This document shows positions 27,226 through 34,093 of a stretch of 35,139 bases of DNA, one piece after another. Where the stretch lies: the UHGV virus genome UHGV-0098759; one strand, written 5' to 3'. The first letter of the stretch is position 1, and every line of letters begins with the position of its first letter. The stretch is from a virus. The translations under genes were made by a program, and so were the position numbers. The notes beneath the pieces were generated by a model, which was not told where the DNA came from, did no database searches, and was given only the letters and a program-made list of their open reading frames with translations.

Positions 27226-27312
27226 ATGCTAATTAATCAGCAAGAAAGAGATGAATTAGAATTAGCCTTGTCTTGTCTTGTCTTGTCTTGTCTTGTCTTG
27301 TACCGATCATGA
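27226..27312 (+). CDS. 29-codon leader ORF with strong RBS that reads through the (CTTGT)7 repeat and stops at TGA
   Basis: ATG at 27226 preceded by AAGGGGGGG; frame is +1 out of register with the long downstream ORF; the repeat tract lies inside it. Confidence 0.35.
   Translation: MLINQQERDELELALSCLVLSCLVLYRS
27267..27301 (+). repeat. perfect pentanucleotide tandem repeat (CTTGT)x7
   Basis: Read directly: cttgt repeated seven times from 27267 to 27301, at the 5' end of the 191-aa ORF. Confidence 0.95.
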
Positions 27313-27853
27313 ATATCGTTTGCCAGTAAAACATAAGCACTTAAAGACCGACTACACAACATCTGGCTTTAGTCGTGAGGAAGCTAAACAGATTTTAATC
27401 GAGTTGTATCGTGATAATGGGTATACCGATATTCATAACTTCTTTAAGAAGCATCGCACATCACAGACAGAGTTTCAGCGAGTCCGTGAGTGGTTTGATT
27501 TTGACATTAAGCGATTCTATCGAGTAGATGACGGTCCTATCTATCGGTTGCAGTGGACACCGATCAGGGAAGTGCTTAAACAGAAGAGATTGAATCATGC
27601 CATTACACGCTATCGTAACGTGGCTTTTAAGAAAGACTATGGTGATACAAGAGAACTATTCGTTGAACTCGCTAACGTGAAGTACAGCCACTATTACAAC
27701 GATCCTAAGTCCTTCTTTGAAGTGCTTCGCAAGGTTGATATAAGTCGGGGTACATATTATTCACGGTTGAAGAAGTACGGGATTAAGGTTGAGTTCTTTA
27801 TGTCAGTTGACGATGGAGAACTTTTTCCTATAAAATCTAAGTCCTCTAAATAA
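27278..27853 (+). CDS. tandem-HTH protein with two resolvase-type HTH-like modules; start codon uncertain
   Basis: Track ORF starts at TTG within the repeat; no in-frame ATG for about 175 codons; C-terminal module (GTYYSRLKKYGIKVEFFMSVDDGELFPI) is paralogous to the 86-aa and 60-aa proteins. Confidence 0.5.
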   Translation: MSCLVLSCTDHEYRLPVKHKHLKTDYTTSGFSREEAKQILIELYRDNGYTDIHNFFKKHRTSQTEFQRVREWFDFDIKRFYRVDDGPIYRLQWTPIREVLKQKRLNHAITRYRNVAFKKDYGDTRELFVELANVKYSHYYNDPKSFFEVLRKVDISRGTYYSRLKKYGIKVEFFMSVDDGELFPIKSKSSK

Positions 27854-27882
27854 AGGTGAACATTCACTTTAATTTGGAGAAA

Positions 27883-28116
27883 ATGACTATGACTACTAAA
27901 GCTACTCGCGGTCGTCCTGCCCGTTTTAATCGTGAACAACTGGCATACATTTGCTACGAGTTTTACAAAGCTGGCAAGGGTAAAGAAAGCAGAGAGAAAG
28001 TATTAAACGATCTGGGCATCTCCACCGCCCAGTTTTATAAAAGTATGAAGAAACTTAATGTCGAGTTCTTTATACGTGTAGACGGTGGAGAGGTTGTACC
28101 AATCAACGGAGTTTGA
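27883..28116 (+). CDS. small resolvase-type HTH DNA-binding protein (paralogue)
   Basis: ATG at 27883 with GGAGA RBS; TRGRPARF...GISTAQFYKSMKKLNVEFFIRVDGGEVVPI resembles the resolvase C-terminal HTH; track ORF begins at GTG 27856. Confidence 0.55.
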   Translation: MTMTTKATRGRPARFNREQLAYICYEFYKAGKGKESREKVLNDLGISTAQFYKSMKKLNVEFFIRVDGGEVVPINGV

Positions 28117-28125
28117 TTCTCATTG

Positions 28126-28150
28126 CCACTCTTCGGAGTGGCTTTTTTAT
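28126..28150 (+). terminator. intrinsic terminator with UUCG tetraloop (GCCACUC-UUCG-GAGUGGC, then U6)
   Basis: Perfect 7-bp stem, UUCG loop and T6 run immediately after the 86-aa gene. Confidence 0.7.
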
Positions 28151-28164
28151 ACCTATAGAAAACA

Positions 28165-28194
28165 AAAAGCCCCTGAAATTCAGGGGCAAAAATT
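28165..28194. promoter_or_regulatory. palindrome GCCCCTGAA-A-TTCAGGGGC containing one copy of the TTCAGGGGCAAAAAT iteron
   Basis: Perfect 9-bp inverted repeat whose right arm is identical to the iteron unit of the 30541-30716 array; lies between convergent genes. Confidence 0.5.
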
Positions 28195-28195
28195 A

Positions 28196-29038
28196 TTACA
28201 GTCCGAAGTGTTCCAGTGATCCAGCATTCTGACGAATCAGCAAAGCAGTATTATTGACGATTGCTCGTGAGTTATTCGGCTGTGGCAATTTCAAAGTTGC
28301 GGCCTTTTCTTCTTCAAGCAATCCGAGTTTTACGAGATGCGGGATAGCATCAGCAGTGAACTCGATCTGACCGTGTGCCGACATACGAGCGAACATATAG
28401 CCAGGAGGAAGCAGATCATAGCCTTTAGGCTTACCAGAATCATCCAGACGACGCTCAAGAACACCAGCAGCACATAAACCTTTCAGAATCATTTGTACCT
28501 TCGTAGAGCCTCGTTTTTCGCCTAATAAGCGGCTAAGACTGTGTGTGTCGATAGCTTTACGAACATGCAATTCAACCAGACGTTTGTTTTCGCGGGTTTT
28601 CTCTAATGCCAGTTCGATCCAATCGGTTTCTTCAAAGTGTTCATATGGATTAACCGGAACATTAGCTTTACCTTCTTTCATCAAACGCCATTCTTTAGCA
28701 ATTTTGAAGCGAAGCGGTGCATCGTATCCCATAACCAGAGTATTACAGAGATCTTCATCCAGTTCATACATCGGTTTATTACGATTCAGAGAATCTTTAT
28801 AAGTCGTTTCTTTATAAAAACCGATGGGCGCAAAATTGCGCTCATCTCCTCCGACCAGTTTGCTACCCTTTTCAAGTGAATCAACCATATTACGAAAATC
28901 ACGCATAACATCTTTATGATTCTTTCCGGTTAATTCCGCGATCTGCAAAGTAGACATGGTCAGCGGTTTGGTGTTATCAACAACCAGAGACACGGAAGCA
29001 GGTTTAATAGCAGTATTCATAGTAGTAACAGTATTCAT
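28196..29038 (-). CDS. Rha-family phage regulatory (antirepressor-like) protein
   Basis: N-terminal segment LTMSTLQIAELTGKNHKDVMRDFRNMV matches the conserved Rha N-terminal domain pattern as recalled; RBS AAGGGGG. Confidence 0.65.
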   Translation of the reverse strand: MNTVTTMNTAIKPASVSLVVDNTKPLTMSTLQIAELTGKNHKDVMRDFRNMVDSLEKGSKLVGGDERNFAPIGFYKETTYKDSLNRNKPMYELDEDLCNTLVMGYDAPLRFKIAKEWRLMKEGKANVPVNPYEHFEETDWIELALEKTRENKRLVELHVRKAIDTHSLSRLLGEKRGSTKVQMILKGLCAAGVLERRLDDSGKPKGYDLLPPGYMFARMSAHGQIEFTADAIPHLVKLGLLEEEKAATLKLPQPNNSRAIVNNTALLIRQNAGSLEHFGL

Positions 29039-29127
29039 AGTAAAATCCCCCTTAAACGGTTTAGTGATGATCCTCCTAGTTCCGGCATCACTACCGGAAC
29101 AATTTTATTTATAAAGAAATTTTTATC

Positions 29128-29274
29128 TCATTTAGATTCAGCAATCGCGCGATCAATTTCTTCTTGAATGCGACGCTGGCGTTCATGGAAGTCAACCATT
29201 GAGAAATTCAGGTTTGGGGTCCACGGTTTGCGGTTCGGGTTTTTGCGTCCATCAATTTTCTTAGTAGCGTTCAT
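29128..29274 (-). CDS. possible 48-aa basic small protein
   Basis: ATG at 29274, stop TGA at 29128-29130; below the track cutoff; weak RBS; sits between the promoter and the Rha gene. Confidence 0.25.
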   Translation of the reverse strand: MNATKKIDGRKNPNRKPWTPNLNFSMVDFHERQRRIQEEIDRAIAESK

Positions 29275-29332
29275 AATTAACATTCCATTTACAAATCTAG
29301 GTCAAATAGATTCATAGTTGTCAAGTGCGATA

Positions 29333-29361
29333 ATCATAAAAAAGTTAGAAATTTTTGTCAA
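29333..29361 (-). promoter_or_regulatory. near-consensus sigma70-type promoter on the minus strand (TTGACA-N17-TATGAT)
   Basis: Minus-strand -35 TTGACA (plus 29356-29361) and -10 TATGAT (plus 29333-29338) with a 17-nt spacer, upstream of the Rha gene. Confidence 0.55.
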
Positions 29362-29396
29362 TACCCCTTGACAAGACACCAAAGGGTTGACCTAAC

Positions 29397-29864
29397 TTAC
29401 AGCATATCTAAGCCTTCGTCGTAACCGTAGAAGCCATTCTGAGAAGAAAAACAGATTGGTGCGTAGTCGTCGTCATCTTCGTCTTGTTCATCTTCTTCTG
29501 GGGCTTCCTGAGCGGTTTCTTTACCGTAGTTAAACATTGCTTCATCCAGTTCATAGACAGTAACGAAGCTACCCAGATCAATGTCACCGGAACGGACTTG
29601 AAACGGCAGATCATCACGAACAATAATTGCTGGTAGATTCTGGTACTTTAAGCGTTCTTCATCGGTGAAGACGTTAACAACAATGGTCGGCTTCTTATTA
29701 CGGCAAAACGCATACCATGCACTAGAGAAATGGGATTCATCAGAGTTGAAAAGGATGTTATAACCACGTTCACGGAACATCTTCATTAACTTGTCATTGT
29801 GGAAGCTATCAGAATCCAGACCCAGAAGGATAAAAGGAGTAGTGGTAGTCATTTTATGGTTCAT
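29397..29864 (-). CDS. hypothetical protein with strongly acidic C-terminal tail
   Basis: ORF with GAGGA RBS; C-terminus EAPEEDEQDEDDDDYAP is highly acidic; no domain recognised. Confidence 0.5.
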   Translation of the reverse strand: MNHKMTTTTPFILLGLDSDSFHNDKLMKMFRERGYNILFNSDESHFSSAWYAFCRNKKPTIVVNVFTDEERLKYQNLPAIIVRDDLPFQVRSGDIDLGSFVTVYELDEAMFNYGKETAQEAPEEDEQDEDDDDYAPICFSSQNGFYGYDEGLDML

Positions 29865-29988
29865 AGTGGAAATCCTCTAAAAGAAAGTGAATCAATCTAA
29901 TATTATTTATAAAGAGAAAATTCTTGTTATTATGAAAAGAGTGATCTGGTAGAGTCCAAAACTGGTCTGTACTTGAAAGGTGATTGGA

Positions 29989-30399
29989 TTCAGTCGGGCT
30001 AAAGCCCTCCTTCATAGATTTTGATTAAATCATCACCAAAACGAAGAAGTATCTTTAGAATATAAGAATCTTTCTTTTGAAGAAATAATAATCAGGAAGA
30101 AATTTAGCAACCGAAGGTTGCAATCCCGAAGGGATACCAATACCTTTCTAGAAAGTGATTGTTACTCACTTCGTTCGTTTACTAGAATCAGTTAGTAACT
30201 AGTTTAAAATCCCTTTCAAGAAAATCCTTTCAGAAGTGATTCTCGATGCCACGCAGTGGCGTCGCAGACGTTTGAGAGTGAGCGAAGCGAGCGAGCAAAC
30301 TAGTTAATTCCTTCTAAGACCATCTAGTATCATCTAGTTTAAATTAGTGTTACTAGAAGTAATTGGTTAGCGCTTCGCGCAGTCGGGCTACGCCCTCCT
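29989..30399. repeat. pair of 20-bp direct repeats (CAGTCGGGCTA[A]AGCCCTCCT and CAGTCGGGCTACGCCCTCCT) bracketing about 370 bp of ORF-free sequence
   Basis: Read directly at 29989-30009 and 30380-30399; the interval holds two adjacent GAA-loop hairpins (30106-30136) and short internal repeats (ACTAGTTTAAA, TTACTAGAA). Confidence 0.5.
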
Positions 30400-30540
30400 A
30401 ATATCTTTTTGGTTATTTGTTGTTTTTGGTTTTACACATGAGCGTAGCGAATGTGTTATATAATATCTATGCACGCCCAATTCCCCGTTTTTGCCCTCAC
30501 TAACTTAATGTTTTATAAAGAGTTTTTCTTACCAATCCTT

Positions 30541-30716
30541 TTCGGGGGCAAATTTCAGGGGCAAAAATTAGATTTTCAGGGGCAATTATTGGCATTTCAG
30601 GGGCAAAAATGAGGGGCAAAATCACTGTTTCCCAGAATTTCAGGGGCAAAAATAGTGGGTTTCAGGGGCAAAAATGGGATGTGAAATCTAGGGGATTTTG
30701 GTTCAGGGGCAATTTT
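30541..30716 (+). repeat. iteron array: about 8 direct copies of TTCAGGGGCAA(A/T)(A/T)AT at roughly 21-bp spacing
   Basis: Copies start at about 30541, 30554, 30575, 30596, 30612 (partial), 30639, 30661 and 30702; an inverted partial copy lies near 30485-30498. Confidence 0.8.
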
Positions 30717-30753
30717 CATAGTGTAGGGCTAGTGTAGGTTTGAAAGTCCTTTG

Positions 30754-30782
30754 TTGACACTGTGTAGGAACAGTGGTATAAT
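30754..30782 (+). promoter_or_regulatory. perfect-consensus sigma70 promoter with extended -10 (TTGACA-N17-TGgTATAAT)
   Basis: TTGACA at 30754-30759, 17-nt spacer, TATAAT at 30777-30782 preceded by TGG; directly downstream of the iterons and upstream of an AT-rich tract. Confidence 0.65.
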
Positions 30783-31233
30783 TGACAATTCGAGATAAAT
30801 ATGTTATAATATTTGTATTGAAAGTAAAAATTTACCGATTTTCCTTCCTATTGTTATTATCCTGTTAAATTGTTATATGTCTGTTAAGGTTTGGATCTGA
30901 GAGAAAATCCTGTAACAAATCTTTACAATTCATAGCTCAATTAATACTCACCGCTTTAGCAAAAAGTGCTATGCATTTTTCTAAATTGATTAAATATACA
31001 TCAATTTGGTTAAATCGCGTTCTTCGCTTTAGCAATTCGTGCTGTGGTTTAACACATTTAACACGCCTGATAACATCTGAATAACATTTTAACATATCTC
31101 TGTTATAAATACATATATAAGAGATAAATGTGAGGGGTTGAAAAATTAAAAAACAATCCCCGTATAAATAACAATGAGCGGTTAACGCTCTTTTTTTTAA
31201 GAAATAATTAATCCAGATTTAGGAGGATTCAAG

Positions 31234-31416
31234 ATGGCACGACCTGTTAAGTTCACTCGTGAAATCGTTTTAGAAATGGCAAAGCGTTATTTTGAACTGA
31301 CGCCTGATGTAGTGATTGGTGAATGGTTTAAAGGTGAAGGTATTGATCAATCAACCTTCCACAAACTCTTAAAGAAGTATGACATTAAAGTAAAGATAAC
31401 CGCAGAGGTTTACTGA
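31234..31416 (+). CDS. small resolvase-type HTH DNA-binding protein (paralogue)
   Basis: Strong RBS AGGAGG before ATG 31234; MARPVKFTRE...GIDQSTFHKLLKKYDIKV is paralogous to the 27883..28116 product. Confidence 0.6.
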   Translation: MARPVKFTREIVLEMAKRYFELTPDVVIGEWFKGEGIDQSTFHKLLKKYDIKVKITAEVY

Positions 31417-31455
31417 TACTTTGACTGAGAATTATATGATGGCTTTAAAAATAAA

Positions 31456-31490
31456 AAAGCCCCCTTGCGGCAACAAGGAGGCTTTTGCGA
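31456..31490 (+). terminator. stem-loop (GCCCCCTTG-CGGCAA-CAAGGAGGC) plus T-run after the 60-aa gene
   Basis: 9-bp stem with one mismatch, followed by TTTTGCG. Confidence 0.4.
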
Positions 31491-31528
31491 TGAACAATTA
31501 AAACTAACTTTCCACAGGAGTATTTATA

Positions 31529-32470
31529 ATGTTATTTTCCGCTAACTTTTTCACTAACGAAGTAACCAACGCTAAAGCAGTTATCAAATTTGGCACCGAA
31601 GCAAACAAGAAGATTCAGCCGAAAGTTGTTGCTCATGTTTCCTTTGCGCAGCAGAAATCCGCTTTCGCTGGCTTTAAAGCACATCGTGAAGCACTGATCG
31701 CGGCTGGCTTTGGTGTTGACGGTAAACTGCCTAACGGCATTCGTAAAGCAATCGACCGCGTTAAACCAGCTAAAGACGTTGCAGTAGACCACATCGTTAC
31801 CTTTACCGTTAAGAACTCTTCTGAACTGTTCCACCTGGTTATTGCTGGTGATACTGCTATCGTTTCCGCTCCTAACATGGATTTTCAGGATACCGCTGAT
31901 TGCCAGATCACCTTCGGTCGTCGTAAAGAAGTTACCGGAAAAGCTAAACTGAACTTCACTAAATCCGGCAATCCTTACTTTGCTGTATTCTTTAACAGCC
32001 ACGCTACCGAAAAAGAAGTTGTAGAACTGGTTGCTTATGAAGGTGAAGAGAAAGAACGTATTGAATCTTGCGAAGCATTTCTGGAACTGGAAGCACAGGT
32101 TAATGCTGTTTCTCCTGTTGTAGAAGATCGCTTTGCTGCACTGGAAGCACAGATCGCAGAACTGAAAGCTGCACTGGAAGAAAAAGACCAGATTATCGAA
32201 GCCCAGAAAGCTGAAATTGAAGAACTGAAAGCTAAAGAAGTTGCTCCGGTGGCAGTAGTTGAAAATGCGGCTGATGAGGCCGCAAATGATGAAGTAGAAG
32301 TGAAAATCGATGTGATGCGTGATCCGATGGCTGCACTGCAATTGCTTCGTTCTTTTAAGGGCAAATCTCATTTTTCTAGTGATGCGGTAGACGAGGAAGA
32401 AGAACAGAAACGCAATGCTGCAATGCTTCATGATGAAATGTACGGTACTAACTTTTCTTACTGCCAATAA
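31529..32470 (+). CDS. hypothetical protein with C-terminal coiled coil and acidic tail
   Basis: RBS AGGAG; codon choice visibly differs from neighbouring genes (CGT/CTG/GAA/AAA/GGT-rich); segment AALEAQIAELKAALEEKDQIIEAQKAEIEELKAKE; no domain recognised. Confidence 0.6.
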   Translation: MLFSANFFTNEVTNAKAVIKFGTEANKKIQPKVVAHVSFAQQKSAFAGFKAHREALIAAGFGVDGKLPNGIRKAIDRVKPAKDVAVDHIVTFTVKNSSELFHLVIAGDTAIVSAPNMDFQDTADCQITFGRRKEVTGKAKLNFTKSGNPYFAVFFNSHATEKEVVELVAYEGEEKERIESCEAFLELEAQVNAVSPVVEDRFAALEAQIAELKAALEEKDQIIEAQKAEIEELKAKEVAPVAVVENAADEAANDEVEVKIDVMRDPMAALQLLRSFKGKSHFSSDAVDEEEEQKRNAAMLHDEMYGTNFSYCQ

Positions 32471-32474
32471 AAAA

Positions 32475-32495
32475 GGGACTCCGAAGAGTCCCTAG
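32475..32495 (+). terminator. hairpin GGGACUC-CGAA-GAGUCCC downstream of the 313-aa gene
   Basis: Perfect 7-bp stem; weak U-tract, so it may be a stability element rather than a terminator. Confidence 0.4.
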
Positions 32496-32574
32496 TAAGT
32501 TTAGGTTAGGTTTGCACAACAAAGATGAGGTTATAATGAACATAATGCTACATTATTCTTTAAAGCCAGAAAAA

Positions 32575-32600
32575 TAACCGCCCCGAAGGGCGGGAGGATT
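32575..32600 (-). terminator. minus-strand terminator (CCGCCC-UUCG-GGGCGG followed by UUAUUUUUCU)
   Basis: Perfect 6-bp stem with a UUCG loop on the minus-strand reading, followed by a U-rich tract, downstream of the small membrane-protein ORFs. Confidence 0.5.
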
Positions 32601-32751
32601 AATACTCAATCTATACTTGTTATGTTTTTGTGTTGTATAGATCACTGACTATGAAAACACTGTACTGGAGTGTGTTTTATGGCTTTTAATCGGGAATCCT
32701 CAAAGAAGATCCCCTGTTAATAACCATAAGGAGAAAAGGCAGATTACACTA

Positions 32752-32925
32752 TTATTTAGTATCCTTTTTACAGCAACTAAAAAGAATAAACTGGATTAAG
32801 CATACCCAGCCGTAAGGCGTACCGATTAGAAATTTGAAAAACACCACCAGCGATATAAAAATCAATTTAATGCCAGCGACGATAGTCAAAAACAGCAGAG
32901 TAGCAAAGTAGACAAAAAGATCCAT
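32752..32925 (-). CDS. possible 57-aa membrane protein with two hydrophobic helices
   Basis: ATG at 32925 with RBS AGAGGA at 7 nt; hydrophobic segments FVYFATLLFLTIVAGIKLIFISLVVFF and GWVCLIQFILF; below the track cutoff. Confidence 0.4.
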   Translation of the reverse strand: MDLFVYFATLLFLTIVAGIKLIFISLVVFFKFLIGTPYGWVCLIQFILFSCCKKDTK

Positions 32926-32978
32926 AGATAATCCTCTTTGAAAACGACCATCATCTATAGTTCAATTCATCGATTTAA

Positions 32979-33080
32979 TTAATGATACTTGAAAGCGTTA
33001 CACACAGTAGAAATGCCAATGTGAGCAAGTGAATATACGATAGTTAATCCTACAGCCAGATAAATCAAAAATTCAACCAT
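32979..33080 (-). CDS. possible 33-aa hydrophobic peptide
   Basis: ATG at 33080 with RBS GAGGA at 7 nt; sequence MVEFLIYLAVGLTIVYSLAHIGISTVCNAFKYH. Confidence 0.35.
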   Translation of the reverse strand: MVEFLIYLAVGLTIVYSLAHIGISTVCNAFKYH

Positions 33081-33180
33081 AGGTAAATCCTCAAATAAGA
33101 AAAAGGTTAGCGGGGGATGTTCTCCCCCGTAGACGTTGACCAGCTCAACATCCTTCACGTATATATTTAGTATCTAATTT

Positions 33181-33735
33181 TTAAGACACATCAAATTCAT
33201 CGTCTTCTTCTGGTTCTTGTTCCGGTTCATCCATTAATGCTAATTCTTCTTCCTCGTCTTCTCCCAAATCTGCATTTTCGAACAAGTCCCCTACTTCATT
33301 TAAACGACGTTCGATGATCTCCCTTAGCTTATTCTTCAATGTTTTCTGATCAGTGGCGGATTCTAAAATTTCTAGGGCATCGATCGTACAAATCTGCAAA
33401 ATAGTCTGTTTCACTTTCCCGCAGTATTCCGCTAGTTCCTGTTCTACATAACCGACAGGAATCAGGAGATTCATTTTTTCCTGGTTCTCTCGTTCGGCTG
33501 CATCTGCCAAAGCACGTTCACGGCGTAATTTCTCTACGTCGATTTGTTCTTTGATAGAAGTTTGTTTAAGCGGGTTGATAATATTTTTCAAGACCCATTC
33601 TGTTCCTTCTTTGGCTGGCACGCGGCGGGTATTGGTGTTAAATGGCAATCCCCTTTCTAACCATCGCTTACCGCCACCATTCAATGTATAGCCATATAAA
33701 CGGGAAATTTCTGTAAGGGTTAATTCTTCTTTCAT
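33181..33735 (-). CDS. putative terminase small subunit (Nu1-like HTH) or HTH DNA-binding protein
   Basis: N-terminal HTH pattern (LTEISRLYGYT...W...GLPF) and GGGK segment resemble the lambda Nu1 N-terminus; coiled middle; very acidic C-terminus; RBS GGAGG. Confidence 0.4.
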   Translation of the reverse strand: MKEELTLTEISRLYGYTLNGGGKRWLERGLPFNTNTRRVPAKEGTEWVLKNIINPLKQTSIKEQIDVEKLRRERALADAAERENQEKMNLLIPVGYVEQELAEYCGKVKQTILQICTIDALEILESATDQKTLKNKLREIIERRLNEVGDLFENADLGEDEEEELALMDEPEQEPEEDDEFDVS

Positions 33736-33854
33736 TGGTTATCCTCCATTAAATTTGCGTAATTTTATTTATTGGTTTTACGCACAATCTAAGCGCCTAA
33801 ATCGCATTCTAACGAAGGGAAAGATCCAGTAATGGTAAGGGTTAGGAAGTGGGT

Positions 33855-33900
33855 TAATAGTCGCGTAGCGACCGCGCCATAAGTGAAGTGATCACGTTTT
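33855..33900. other. GC-rich island with imperfect dyad symmetry (GTCGCGTAGCGAC, GCGACCGCGCC, GTGATCAC) upstream of the terS-like gene; candidate cos or packaging site
   Basis: Local GC-rich symmetric motif in an AT-rich divergent intergenic region; shares GCGACC with the lambda cohesive end as recalled. Confidence 0.2.
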
Positions 33901-34093
33901 AGAATCTCACACGCACATCAAATACCGGGGTGCCGAAAACTCCCTTTATTTCATCCGTGGAACAGTACCTTTTTAATTTGTCAAGCATTAATTTCTTAAT
34001 TTAATTACTAAATCTCATCCCAATAATTGAAAAAATATCAAAAATCAATAAAGTAAGCATCTAAAAGTCAGTCCATACCAAAAGAGGTATAAA

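Noticed and set aside
29940-30420. Possible tRNA gene in the ORF-free region
   Set aside because: Hairpins with GAA loops and an ACCA-like 3' sequence are present, but I could not fold a complete cloverleaf (no acceptor stem pairing, no T-loop consensus) by eye.
30541-30716. Possible CRISPR array
   Set aside because: Repeat units are about 15 bp with 6-7-bp intervening sequence, far too short for CRISPR repeat-spacer structure, and no cas genes are present. Interpreted as iterons.
31532-32467. 311-aa minus-strand ORF mirroring the 313-aa plus-strand gene
   Set aside because: Exactly antisense to a gene with strong RBS and biased codon usage; Phe/Cys/Asn-rich nonsense-like translation.
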